Shown here piece by piece: positions 31,458-40,235 of a stretch of DNA of 64,000 nt. The translations under genes and the position numbers were made by a program. A model generated the notes under the pieces. That model searched no databases, was not told the origin of the DNA, and saw only the letters and a program-made list of their open reading frames with translations. Numbering within the stretch: the stretch's first letter is position 1; each line of letters begins with the position of its first letter. This DNA is from Gammaproteobacteria bacterium (lineage in GTDB: Bacteria > Pseudomonadota > Gammaproteobacteria > UBA4575), in assembly GCA_965222615.1 (NCBI GenBank), contig CBDCUI010000008.1, positions 128,001-192,000 on the forward strand, read 5' to 3'.

Positions 31458-31627
31458 CCAACCCTCGATTCAATTTAGTGATTGAAATAGCTGAATTGAG
31501 CCTACTATTGTAACCAAGTCTTAGTTTTTATAACCACACAGTATGTAAAGGCTCTAGCCTTTTTTCCTTTTTTAACTGATTTTGGTATACCCTAAGGCAG
31601 ATAGAGATAAATAAAGAAGCATTCACG

Positions 31628-32017
31628 ATGACAAAGGATTTTCAAGGATCACCCCAAGCGTGGCAAAGAATCACTGAGCCACTGGAAAGAATCGACGCTA
31701 AGTTAGAAAAATTTGCCAATGAGAAAGATTTACCCTTGGGCAAGATTACCAAGAACTGGCCAAATCGAGAATTTCGTTGGACTTACCAAATAGAAAGGCT
31801 AATTGAGATTTATCTTGAGGATGAGAAAGAACTTACCTGGTCGCTGTGGATCTGTGCCTATCAATATGCAAACAGTTTGCAGTTAACAAAAAAGAAAATA
31901 ATTCTTAAAGGTATCTCAATTGAAGAATTAAATATGCAATTAGAAAATGCCCTTGAAGATGCGTATAAAAAAGTCATGAGTTGGAGTAAAGGCAGTTTAA
32001 GCGAAGTTGCTATGTAA
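31628..32017 (+). CDS. Hypothetical protein
   Basis: 129-aa ORF with ATG start, fills the intergenic gap; no family recognised. Confidence 0.6.
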   Translation: MTKDFQGSPQAWQRITEPLERIDAKLEKFANEKDLPLGKITKNWPNREFRWTYQIERLIEIYLEDEKELTWSLWICAYQYANSLQLTKKKIILKGISIEELNMQLENALEDAYKKVMSWSKGSLSEVAM

Positions 32018-32246
32018 AACGGTTAACAGTGTCTAAAGATTGCTTTGCCAACATTGATTGGCTTGCAATGACAAAAGAAGCGTCACTGCGAGCAAGCACC
32101 AGCTTGCGCGGCAGTCCAGCATCCTTGGTGGATAAAATGTACAACTTGTTCTGATACCGTCTGTTTGAGAATGTCTAAATTCTTTTACAGGTTAAATGAT
32201 AATTGAACGTCTCTAGATTGCTTCGCCACAACAATTGGCTCGCAAT

Positions 32247-33327
32247 TGTATGTGTTATCTAATTCGTTGATAGATTTTGTAGCATGGAAGCGGGAGTTTT
32301 GCCATCAATACCTTGATGGGCTCTCGCTTCATTGTAATAAATTAAGTAGGCACTCAGTTCATCTGCAAAGTGTTTTTCTGAGGTAAAGTAAGTACCATCA
32401 ATCAAATCTTCGTTCAAGGTTCTCCAAAAGCGTTCCACTTTGCCATTGGTTTGTGGACGATAAGGTCTTGTATAGCGATGTTTGATGCCCATCTCTAGTA
32501 ACATGCGCTCAAAGGCATGTTTGGGTTTTTGTTTCGACTCTTTGACTCCGAACTCCGGTCCATTATCTGTCAGGACTTCTGCAAACTGAATCCCATATTG
32601 ACTCGATAAATAGTTGAAACAACGCAGCGTAGCAAACATCACCGTTAGACTTTGAATATCCTCGACCACTTGCGCCCAGGCAATACGACTGTAGGCATCC
32701 ACCACACACACTAAATAGCGACGCTTGGATTCATTGGCAATCATATCCTTACTCAAGTGATGACAGTCTATATGGGCGAGCTCGCCTGCCTTTTCTCGAA
32801 TAATGCGGCGTTTTTCTTCTTGCATAGCAGGCCTTAATCGGTTCACTCCATGACGTTTGAAGATCTGATAGATACATGATGGTGAGGGCGTATTCTGACC
32901 TAATTTCGCTTGTAAGATAAGATGAATCTCATAGCGATTATTGCCTTGCGCACGCGCTTTGAGGACTTGCGCTTCGATCTGCGGACAAGTGCGTCGAGTA
33001 CGCCATTTCGGCCCACGTTTGGCGGGTAATAAAGAAACCACATTACCACTTTGACGATAGCGTGCGTAGTATTTTAAAAACGTTTGAGGACAAGTACCGT
33101 GGGCCGCATAGAAGTCTTTGACCCGGCGATACTGCGGGTGCTGCTTGGCTTTAACTTGTTCGTATTCAGCTATTAGATATTGATATTTCTGAATGTAGTT
33201 CTTCTTTAACGTGCTATCTCGACTGTTGATTCGCATGATGGCTTCTCCTCCTGTTCCGAGTTGCTTAGACACTTATCTAAGATTATCGGATGAGTGATTT
33301 TCATCAACGATTTACGTAACCTATACA
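32247..33327 (-). mobile_element. IS481-family insertion sequence, 1081 bp
   Basis: TGT...ACA ends; imperfect TIR TGTATGTGTTATCTAATTCGTT vs TGTATAGGTTACGTAAATCGTT; GCAAT duplicated at 32242-32246 and 33328-33332. Confidence 0.9.
32259..33236 (-). CDS. IS481-family DDE transposase (integrase core)
   Basis: HIDC, LTDNGPEF, RPYRPQTNGKVERF, YN..R.HQGI.GKTP; GGAGGAG SD supports ATG at 33236; stop codon lies inside the left TIR. Confidence 0.93.
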   Translation of the reverse strand: MRINSRDSTLKKNYIQKYQYLIAEYEQVKAKQHPQYRRVKDFYAAHGTCPQTFLKYYARYRQSGNVVSLLPAKRGPKWRTRRTCPQIEAQVLKARAQGNNRYEIHLILQAKLGQNTPSPSCIYQIFKRHGVNRLRPAMQEEKRRIIREKAGELAHIDCHHLSKDMIANESKRRYLVCVVDAYSRIAWAQVVEDIQSLTVMFATLRCFNYLSSQYGIQFAEVLTDNGPEFGVKESKQKPKHAFERMLLEMGIKHRYTRPYRPQTNGKVERFWRTLNEDLIDGTYFTSEKHFADELSAYLIYYNEARAHQGIDGKTPASMLQNLSTN

Positions 33328-33697
33328 GCAATGACGAGAAAAATACGTCACTGCGAGCAAGCGCCAGCTTGCGCGGCAGTCCAGCATCCTTAGTGGATAA
33401 AATGTACAACTTGTTCTGATACCGTCTGTTTGAGAATGTCTAAATTCTTTTACAGGTTAAATGATAATTGAACGTCCCTAGATTGCTTCATCACAACAAT
33501 TGGTTTGCAATGACAAGAACAAGCGTCACTGCGAGCAAGCACCAGCTTGCGCGGCAGTCCAGCATCCTTCGTGGATGGAAAGCACAACTTATTCTGATAT
33601 CGTCTATTTGGTAAGTCTAAATTTTTACGGGTTAAATTGTAATCGAACGTCCTTGTTCTTCTAGTATTCCCTATATTTTTTGAGCACACCGTCAAAG

Positions 33698-33928
33698 TTA
33701 TGACTTGCCGTCGTATGATTGCTTAAGTGAACTAGAATCCACTTTTTCATCACCATCAATTTTTACATTGAACTGATCAGTTGGGCCTTGAACGCTAATT
33801 GGAGTTACTTCTGCCTTTGTAGGGGTAATGTTGCTTACATCAACGTTATCTACACTGCGGCCACCCGCACCAAAGGCCATACCCGTTACGGTAAGTAATA
33901 ATGTAAATACAATTGCTTTTGCTTTCAT
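33698..33928 (-). CDS. Small secreted hypothetical protein
   Basis: AAGGA SD, signal peptide MKAKAIVFTLLLTVTGMAFG-A. Confidence 0.6.
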   Translation of the reverse strand: MKAKAIVFTLLLTVTGMAFGAGGRSVDNVDVSNITPTKAEVTPISVQGPTDQFNVKIDGDEKVDSSSLKQSYDGKS

Positions 33929-34246
33929 GTCTATTTCCTTTGTTAAGATTTTTAATCAATTACAATCTAATAGACAGAATTTGAGAATTTTTGATTGCAC
34001 TTTTAACGATTCAAAATAATCATCGTAGTAATCAGTATTTTGAATGTAAGAATATTTTAAAAAAGCTGGTCTAATTATTCACAGCTTATGTTTATCTATT
34101 AAAGGGGACTTTATGACTAAGTATTCTAGATTTTTGGATAATTTGTACTTCTGAATCGACGTAATAGGCGCATTCTGTAATATTGAAAAGCTTTTGTTCA
34201 AGTTTACGTTTTTGATCTTCTGTCATTTAGTATTTTTAAATTGTTA

Positions 34247-35494
34247 TTATGACCATAAATGATTTAATGGAACTGCATAAGTATTAGGAGTGCTTTTTAT
34301 AGCAAGTATAGAGTCACCATTAAATAACAGTATGCCACCTTTAAAATTTTTTCCTGCTTGTGAAGCTAATCGTGCCAGACCTTTGCCATCATTTTGATTT
34401 ACACTGCTTGAACGTTTTATTTCAACACCCCATACATTACGTCCTTCTTCAATAACTACATCAACTTCTATTTGATCTTTATCTCGATAATGATAAAAGC
34501 GTAAGTTTCTATTTAGCCAAGTCGATTGGCAAATTAACTGTTGTAGTGCAAAACTTTCTAGTAAAAAACCAAATTCTTTACTGTTAGTTATCCAATCTTT
34601 AGTACCTAAATTATTTAACGAGGTAGCCAAACCAGTATCGATAATATGTATTTTAGACGATTTGATTAACCGTTTTGCTTTGTTGCTATGCCATGCAGGT
34701 AAACGTCGTACTAAAAACAATTTTTCGAGTACTCCAATATATTTTTCTATAGTTGTTCGATCATTATCGAGTTCATTTGCAATGCTACTAAGATTTAATA
34801 AGCCTGATGTTCTTATAGAAATTAATTCTAGCAGCCTTAATATTTCGTCAGTGTCACGTATATTTGCAACGTCTTTAATGTCTCTTTGTATGATTGCTTG
34901 CAAATACTGTTGATACCATGTTGTTGCACGTTTTTTAGTTAAATTTACTGGTTCTGGATAACCACCACTACATATCGCATTTTGAATTGTTGTAGTTTTT
35001 TTTGGTTTTGTTTTAATTGCGGGCTTAATTTTCCCACTCAACAAGTTATCCAATAAGTAATTTTTATTTTTTTGTTTTTCTAATTCAGAAAGCGGATATA
35101 ACGTGACAACGTGCATCCGTCCTGCTAAAGATTCATTAACTTTGGGTAATAAATATAGATTTGCTGAACCTGTTAGTAAAAAACGCCCTGATTGCTTTTT
35201 TCGTTTTATACGTTGTTCATCCACTGCCATCTTTATAGCAGGTAACAACTCAGGTACTTTCTGAATTTCATCTAAAATTACAGAATTCCCTAGTCCTTCT
35301 ACAAATCCTCGTGGATCTTCTTTTGCTGCATATAAAAGTGTCTGGTCATCAAAATTTAGGTAATCTCGTTTTGATTCTAATTGTCTAGCTAAGGTGGTTT
35401 TACCTGTTTGACGAGCGCCCGCTATACACACTACAGGATTGTGTGCTAATGCCTGAATTATCTGGTCTTCAATATATCGAGGATATATGGTCAT
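34247..35494 (-). CDS. AAA+ ATPase (AAA_14) with DUF4143 PD-(D/E)XK-like C-terminus
   Basis: GARQTGKTT Walker A, ILDEIQK Walker B, LLTGSA, ESLAGR, GGYPE, DTGL, EVDVVIE...VEIK. Confidence 0.92.
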   Translation of the reverse strand: MTIYPRYIEDQIIQALAHNPVVCIAGARQTGKTTLARQLESKRDYLNFDDQTLLYAAKEDPRGFVEGLGNSVILDEIQKVPELLPAIKMAVDEQRIKRKKQSGRFLLTGSANLYLLPKVNESLAGRMHVVTLYPLSELEKQKNKNYLLDNLLSGKIKPAIKTKPKKTTTIQNAICSGGYPEPVNLTKKRATTWYQQYLQAIIQRDIKDVANIRDTDEILRLLELISIRTSGLLNLSSIANELDNDRTTIEKYIGVLEKLFLVRRLPAWHSNKAKRLIKSSKIHIIDTGLATSLNNLGTKDWITNSKEFGFLLESFALQQLICQSTWLNRNLRFYHYRDKDQIEVDVVIEEGRNVWGVEIKRSSSVNQNDGKGLARLASQAGKNFKGGILLFNGDSILAIKSTPNTYAVPLNHLWS

Positions 35495-35502
35495 AATTTA
35501 TG

Positions 35503-35594
35503 TAGCGTCCAATTGTCGATTAGTATAGCGTCCAATTGTCGATTAGTATAGCGTCCAATTGTCGATTAACTCAGCGTCTAATTGTGGACTTAAA
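35503..35594. repeat. 23-bp tandem direct repeat, four copies
   Basis: TAGCGTCCAATTGTCGATTAGTA exact at 35503 and 35526, near-exact at 35549, degenerate at 35572. Confidence 0.93.
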
Positions 35595-35664
35595 TTAAGT
35601 CACGAAAGGCCCAATTTGGGGGTGATAAGACCTAGAATGGGTCCGATTAAATATAAGTTCACTT

Positions 35665-35760
35665 GGATTGCTTCGTCGCTACGCTCCTCGCAATGACCGG
35701 ATTAGTTGCATCATCCCTGATGGAACTCTTATTCGCACTTCCTTGTGCTCACGCAATGAT
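35665..35760. repeat. REP-like palindrome pair (A + B), copy 1
   Basis: A: GGATTGCTTCGTCGCTACGCTCCTCGCAATGAC. B: CATCATCCCTGATG...CTCTTATTCGCACTTCCTTGTGCTCACGCAATGAT. Confidence 0.8.
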
Positions 35761-35910
35761 TTGAGAAAGGTCTAGCTTTTTCCATAAACAAGTACGGTAT
35801 TTCACTCGCTAAATCGGTGGTGGTTACCTTACTGCTATAATTAGGATTCAGTATATCCGTATGGGGAGCAAATATTTAAAGAAAATTTTAAAAATTTAAG
35901 GTTTATAGTT

Positions 35911-36918
35911 ATGGTTAAATTAAAAAATTATCATTTATTAAGTTTGATTTTAAGTAAGTTGTTTCTATTTATTTTGCTTATTTTTTCATTTTCAGCACAT
36001 AGTCAATCCACTGGAAATAATCAAATCACAATCTTATATGATGCATTTGGTGAAGAATCTGAGCTACGAAAAGATTGGGGCTTCTCCGCATTTATAGAAG
36101 TTTTAGGTAAACGCATTTTGTTTGATGCCGGCAACAATGCTGAAATATTTGCACATAATGTCAATACAAAAAATATTGACCTAACTGATCTTGATTTTGC
36201 TGTGGTTTCACACCGCCATGGTGATCACATGGGTGGTCTAAGTCACTTAATTAAGGTAAATCCAGATGTAAAAATTTATGTACCCAAAGAAAACTTTGGT
36301 GTATTTGGAGCAAGTTTGCCGGGTAGTTTTTATCGCAAACAAATACATTTGGAACATTACATGCGTTATTTTGATGGTAAGCCACCCAAAACCATGCATT
36401 TCGGTACACCATGGCCGAAAGGAAAATTTACTTTAGTTAAAGAAACCATTGAAATTGCACCCAGGTTTCACCTTATCCATTTGCATGGAGACTGGGGAGT
36501 GGATCTTGCGGTAAAAGAAATTTCTTTAGCCATTGATACTCCACAAGGTATCGTCTTAGTTGTTGGTTGTAGTCATCCACGTATAGAAAAAATTCTTGAG
36601 ACTGCAACAAATGTAATTAACAAGCCCATACACCTCGTTATAGGCGGATTGCATTTATTACCTGCGGATGATCAAGAGATAAATCGTATTGCTCACGCAT
36701 TGAAGAATGAATGGAGCATTCAAAATTTAGCAGCAGGGCACTGCACAGGTGAACCTGCCTTCAAAGTGCTAAGAGATACATTCAACAAGAATTATATCTA
36801 TGCTGGACTTGGGAGTGTAATACCTGTTCATATTACTCAGCAAGCATTTCATTTTGAGATAGAGCAGGCATATTGCCAAACTCAGACTTTTCCAAATGAT
36901 TTTTGGCTTACTAGATAA
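35911..36918 (+). CDS. Exported MBL-fold metallo-hydrolase
   Basis: WGFSAFIE...ILFDAG, SHRHGDHMGG, VGCSHP, GGLHL, GHCTG; signal ending AHS-Q. Confidence 0.88.
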   Translation: MVKLKNYHLLSLILSKLFLFILLIFSFSAHSQSTGNNQITILYDAFGEESELRKDWGFSAFIEVLGKRILFDAGNNAEIFAHNVNTKNIDLTDLDFAVVSHRHGDHMGGLSHLIKVNPDVKIYVPKENFGVFGASLPGSFYRKQIHLEHYMRYFDGKPPKTMHFGTPWPKGKFTLVKETIEIAPRFHLIHLHGDWGVDLAVKEISLAIDTPQGIVLVVGCSHPRIEKILETATNVINKPIHLVIGGLHLLPADDQEINRIAHALKNEWSIQNLAAGHCTGEPAFKVLRDTFNKNYIYAGLGSVIPVHITQQAFHFEIEQAYCQTQTFPNDFWLTR

Positions 36919-36978
36919 TCGAGTCTGAGCTAGCCATTGCAGATAAATCTATATCGTAAATTGCCTTTATTCTTAAAT

Positions 36979-37692
36979 TTAACTCTTTTCGTAAACCGGA
37001 ACCGCTGCGCCGGTTATGCCTTTCGCTTGTTCGGAACACAAGTGCAAAATTTCATTGGCTAAATCTATTGTGAGTACCCAGTTGCTGTAGTCTGCATCAG
37101 GCATATCTTCTCGGTTTTGTGGTGTATCGATTGTCCCCGGCAGAATGCAATTTACATTGATGTTATTGTGTTTATGTTCTGCAGCTAGGCTTTGAGTCAA
37201 CATAATTACGCCTGCCTTGCTTATGCAGTATGGCGCCATATTGGCTTTACCTTCTGTTGCTGCACGTGCGGCGACGTTTACGATTTTGCCTTTTTTATTT
37301 TCCAACATATGTGGAATCACTGCCCGGCACATTAGGAACACTGACTTTGTGTTCATGTTCATCATAAAGTCCCAATCGCTGACCGGTGTTTCATGCACGG
37401 CTGGGCCCATTTTGAAGCCGCCAGCGATATTGGTGAGGCAATCAATATGTTTAAAACGTTGAATAATTTGTTCAACAGAGTTGTTGACTGAATTCACATC
37501 GGTTAAATCGGTTTCAAACAGCCCAACATTCTTTGCATGTCGCCAACGCGGGTGTTGTAAGCGCTCAAAGCTGATATCGACTAATGCTATATCCGCACTG
37601 GCTCGAAAAAAGAGTTCAGCTACCATGCTGCCTAAACTACCGGCTGCTCCGGTTACTACGGCAACCTGATTAGAAAAGTCAAATTTGTTCAT
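36979..37692 (-). CDS. SDR family NAD(P)-dependent oxidoreductase
   Basis: VTGAAGSLG, NIAGG, YCISK, PGTIDT. Confidence 0.9.
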   Translation of the reverse strand: MNKFDFSNQVAVVTGAAGSLGSMVAELFFRASADIALVDISFERLQHPRWRHAKNVGLFETDLTDVNSVNNSVEQIIQRFKHIDCLTNIAGGFKMGPAVHETPVSDWDFMMNMNTKSVFLMCRAVIPHMLENKKGKIVNVAARAATEGKANMAPYCISKAGVIMLTQSLAAEHKHNNINVNCILPGTIDTPQNREDMPDADYSNWVLTIDLANEILHLCSEQAKGITGAAVPVYEKS

Positions 37693-37733
37693 TCTCAAAA
37701 CAATCTAAAAATTTGCGTTCCTTATATTTTACT

Positions 37734-37960
37734 GGATTACTTCGTCACTTTGTTCCTCGTAATGACGGTAGTTCTGAGGTCGCATATTGCGAGCTTAAAA
37801 TTTTTATAACTATGTTTCTTTACCTTTAATTGTATTAGATTACTTCGTCTCAATAACAAAAGTTATTTAAGATCAGAACTAGTGATCTCAAAACCTAATG
37901 ATTACATCTTCCATGATGTAAGCTCTCATTCGCACTTCCATGTACTTACCTCGCAATGAC
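37734..37960. repeat. REP-like palindrome pair (A + B), copy 2
   Basis: A at 37734-37766 GGATTACTTCGTCACTTTGTTCCTCGTAATGAC. B at 37900-37960 GATTACATCTTCCATGATG...CTCTCATTCGCACTTCCATGTACTTACCTCGCAATGAC. Confidence 0.78.
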
Positions 37961-37967
37961 AAATAAT

Positions 37968-38034
37968 TTGAGGTATCCAAAAGGGTACCTCAAGAGTTCA
38001 ATTCCACTTGAGGTCACAATTTGTGACCTCAAGT
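37968..38034. repeat. Two adjacent TTGAGGT...ACCTCAA palindromes
   Basis: TTGAGGTATCCAAAAGGGTACCTCAA (37968-37993) and ACTTGAGGTCACAATTTGTGACCTCAAGT (38006-38034, 14-bp perfect arms). Confidence 0.85.
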
Positions 38035-38036
38035 TA

Positions 38037-38330
38037 TTATTTTAAATGTTGGGTGTAATTCATATTTTGATGAAGCACACGCACAATCAAAATTTCTTGT
38101 CTTTTATGTGTGTAAAATATGGTGTGTGACTTATATTCATAACGTCTAAGCCCATTAGATAATTCATCTGCGGCTCTTCCAAGTTTTGGATTATTTGAGA
38201 GAATTTGTAAGGTGTTTATTAAATTATCTAAATAGTCACGTGCTTGTATTACTCCAAAAGCGTCAATGGTAAATTCAGCAATCTTGGCAATATCTGAAGT
38301 AGCACAAGTGGTTAAGCGATACTTAGCCAT
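38037..38330 (-). CDS. parE: ParE/RelE family type II toxin
   Basis: YRLT..A..DI..I...T...FG..QA..Y, P.LGR, H.IFY, I.IVRVLHQ.M. Confidence 0.9.
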   Translation of the reverse strand: MAKYRLTTCATSDIAKIAEFTIDAFGVIQARDYLDNLINTLQILSNNPKLGRAADELSNGLRRYEYKSHTIFYTHKRQEILIVRVLHQNMNYTQHLK

Positions 38331-38577
38331 GTTTGGAAGTATAACGTTGTTCCGCTTCCTTCCATATTTCTTCGATAGTTTTCTCGCTGATACCGCTTTC
38401 TAACCCGTCACGTATCGCATTTTTCAAAATTAGAAATTTAGCATTTTGCTCTTGGTCTTTGCGTAGTAAATCACGAATATATTCACTGTCGTTGGTGTAA
38501 TAGCCATTTTCTATTTGAGTTTTGATCCAGTCATCTTGTTGATCAGTAAGTGTGATGGTTTTGCGGACTGTTCCCAT
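38323..38577 (-). CDS. parD: ParD-like ribbon-helix-helix antitoxin
   Basis: RKTITLT....WIK.QI..G.Y.NDSEYIRDL.R, GLESG.S; overlaps the toxin start. Confidence 0.9.
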   Translation of the reverse strand: MGTVRKTITLTDQQDDWIKTQIENGYYTNDSEYIRDLLRKDQEQNAKFLILKNAIRDGLESGISEKTIEEIWKEAEQRYTSKHG

Positions 38578-38670
38578 ATAGTCTCCATTTTCTTTGCATA
38601 AATAGTCATACTATTGGTGCATAATAGCATAAATCGTCAAATGCATAGAAATCTAGTGACTTTGACTAAG

Positions 38671-38699
38671 AAAAAAAAGGGAGCAGAGGTTGCTCCCTT
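38671..38699 (-). terminator. Intrinsic terminator of nrdAB
   Basis: AAAAAAAAGGGAGCA-GAGGT-TGCTCCCTT gives a hairpin plus U-tract on the minus strand. Confidence 0.75.
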
Positions 38700-38755
38700 A
38701 ATATAACCACCATAAGTGGTGGCCCCATAACGCCGGTTACATCAAACTCTAACTG

Positions 38756-40048
38756 TTACCAAGTAAGGGCTCCCCCGGTTTGGTATTCGGTAACGCGAGT
38801 TTCAAAGAAATTCTTTTCTTTTTTGAGGTCTAAGATCTCAGACATCCATGGGAAGGGATTGCTCACTCCAGTGTATTGTTGCGGCAAACCAATTTGTGCG
38901 TATCTTCGATTGGCAATAAATTTTAAGTATTCTTCAAACGTGGGTGCATTCAACCCTAAAATGCCACGCGGCATGGTGTCGTAGGCATATTGGGTTTCTA
39001 GTTTCACGCCGTCTTCTATGAGCTCTATCATTTCTTGTTGAAATTCTTCGGTCCATAAATGCGGGTTTTCTAATTTGATTTGGTTGATGACATCGATGCC
39101 AAAGTTCATGTGCATAGATTCATCACGCAAAATGTATTGAAATTGTTCGGCAACACCTGTCATTTTATTGCGACGGCCCATGGAAAGGATTTGCACAAAG
39201 CCAACATAGAAGAAGATGCCTTCAAACACGACGTAGAAGGCAATTAGATCGCGTAGTAAACGTTGATCGTCTTCTAACGTGCCCGTTTTAAAGTTTGGAT
39301 CGCCTAAGCTTTGTGTATAGGGTAATGCCCATTCGGCTTTATGGGCGACTGCAGGCACTTCACGATACATGTTAAACACTTCACCTTCATCCAAGCCTAA
39401 GGATTCAATGCAGTATTGATAGGCATGGGTGTGTACCGCTTCTTCAAACGCTTGGCGCAATAGATATTGGCGACACTCTGGGTTAGTGATGTGTCGGTAT
39501 ACCGCTAGTACTAAGTTATTGGCAACCAATGAATCTGCGGTGGAGAAGAAACCTAGGTTACGTTTAATAACAGTGCGTTCGTCTTCGGTTAGGCCTTCTG
39601 GATTTTTCCACAGTGCGATATCCGCAGTCATGTTGATTTCTTGTGGCATCCAGTGATTGGCACATCCGTCTAGGTATTTTTGCCAAGCCCATTCGTATTT
39701 AAATGGAACCAGTTGATTTAAGTCGGCACGACAGTTGATGATTTTCTTGTCGTCTACTTGAATACGACTGGCGCCCATTTCAATATTTTCTAAACCGGTA
39801 GCCCCTCTGTTTTCTTCAATCTCATGGTGTTCTGCTTGTTCGCGTAAGGCGTTTATTTCTTCAGCTGCTTTCACAATACCGGAATCACGCGGGTTTGCTA
39901 CGACTTGTTCAAAGGTCGTTAATGTTGGTATCGGTCTTCCGGGCGGTGTGGTATTTTCATCTTCAGATGATTCGGCAAATACAGCAGGCCCGGTAGCACT
40001 TGTTCGGTTTTCTTTTGCATCTGTAATTGGATCTTCCCAGTTTTGCAT
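38756..40048 (-). CDS. nrdB: Class I ribonucleotide reductase beta subunit
   Basis: [44 protein letters not shown]. Confidence 0.96.
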   Translation of the reverse strand: MQNWEDPITDAKENRTSATGPAVFAESSEDENTTPPGRPIPTLTTFEQVVANPRDSGIVKAAEEINALREQAEHHEIEENRGATGLENIEMGASRIQVDDKKIINCRADLNQLVPFKYEWAWQKYLDGCANHWMPQEINMTADIALWKNPEGLTEDERTVIKRNLGFFSTADSLVANNLVLAVYRHITNPECRQYLLRQAFEEAVHTHAYQYCIESLGLDEGEVFNMYREVPAVAHKAEWALPYTQSLGDPNFKTGTLEDDQRLLRDLIAFYVVFEGIFFYVGFVQILSMGRRNKMTGVAEQFQYILRDESMHMNFGIDVINQIKLENPHLWTEEFQQEMIELIEDGVKLETQYAYDTMPRGILGLNAPTFEEYLKFIANRRYAQIGLPQQYTGVSNPFPWMSEILDLKKEKNFFETRVTEYQTGGALTW

Positions 40049-40070
40049 GGTGCCCTTTCTCCTCTATTTC

Positions 40071-40212
40071 AAACCACATCTAGAAATGTCCTTTTTTAAG
40101 CATAGCTTCGTTAGCAACATGCTCAGATCCTCATGTATTGCATATACACTCCGGTCTTGCGCGTGTTGCTGCCTTGCTCTGCTTAAAAAATTACGATTTC
40201 TGGTCATAGTTT
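40071..40212. repeat. Long palindromic element between nrdA and nrdB
   Basis: Nested arms TTTTTTAAGCATAGC/GCTCTGCTTAAAAAA and AGCAACATGC/GCGTGTTGCT around CTCATGTATTGCATATACACTCCG, the reverse complement of the gltBD element core apart from the central loop. Confidence 0.78.
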
Positions 40213-40235
40213 TGGTCTAGTTACTTTTGTGCTGC

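Larger units (their letters stand above)
32037..33652. repeat. Tandem array of three ~178-bp palindrome-containing units; unit 2 interrupted by IS481
   Basis: Units start AGATTGCTT at 32037, 32215 and 33480. Each has GATTGCTT...GCAATGAC, then the inverted partner GTCACTGCGAGCAAGC.CCAGCTTGCGCGGCAGTC, then a conserved ~100-bp linker. Confidence 0.92.

Noticed and set aside
32037-33652. CRISPR array
   Set aside because: The sequence between palindromes is ~100 bp and conserved between units rather than unique spacers; no cas genes in the window.
33206-33695. ORFs 33206-33409 and 33450-33695 sharing STKDAGLPRKL.LARSD
   Set aside because: They are translations of the repeat units, and one crosses the IS end; not credible genes.
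35503-35594. Mini-CRISPR
   Set aside because: The 23-bp units are head to tail with no spacers.
31628-38577. Integron cassette array
   Set aside because: Genes are in mixed orientation, no integron integrase is present, and I could not find RYYYAAC...GTTRRRY attC boundaries.
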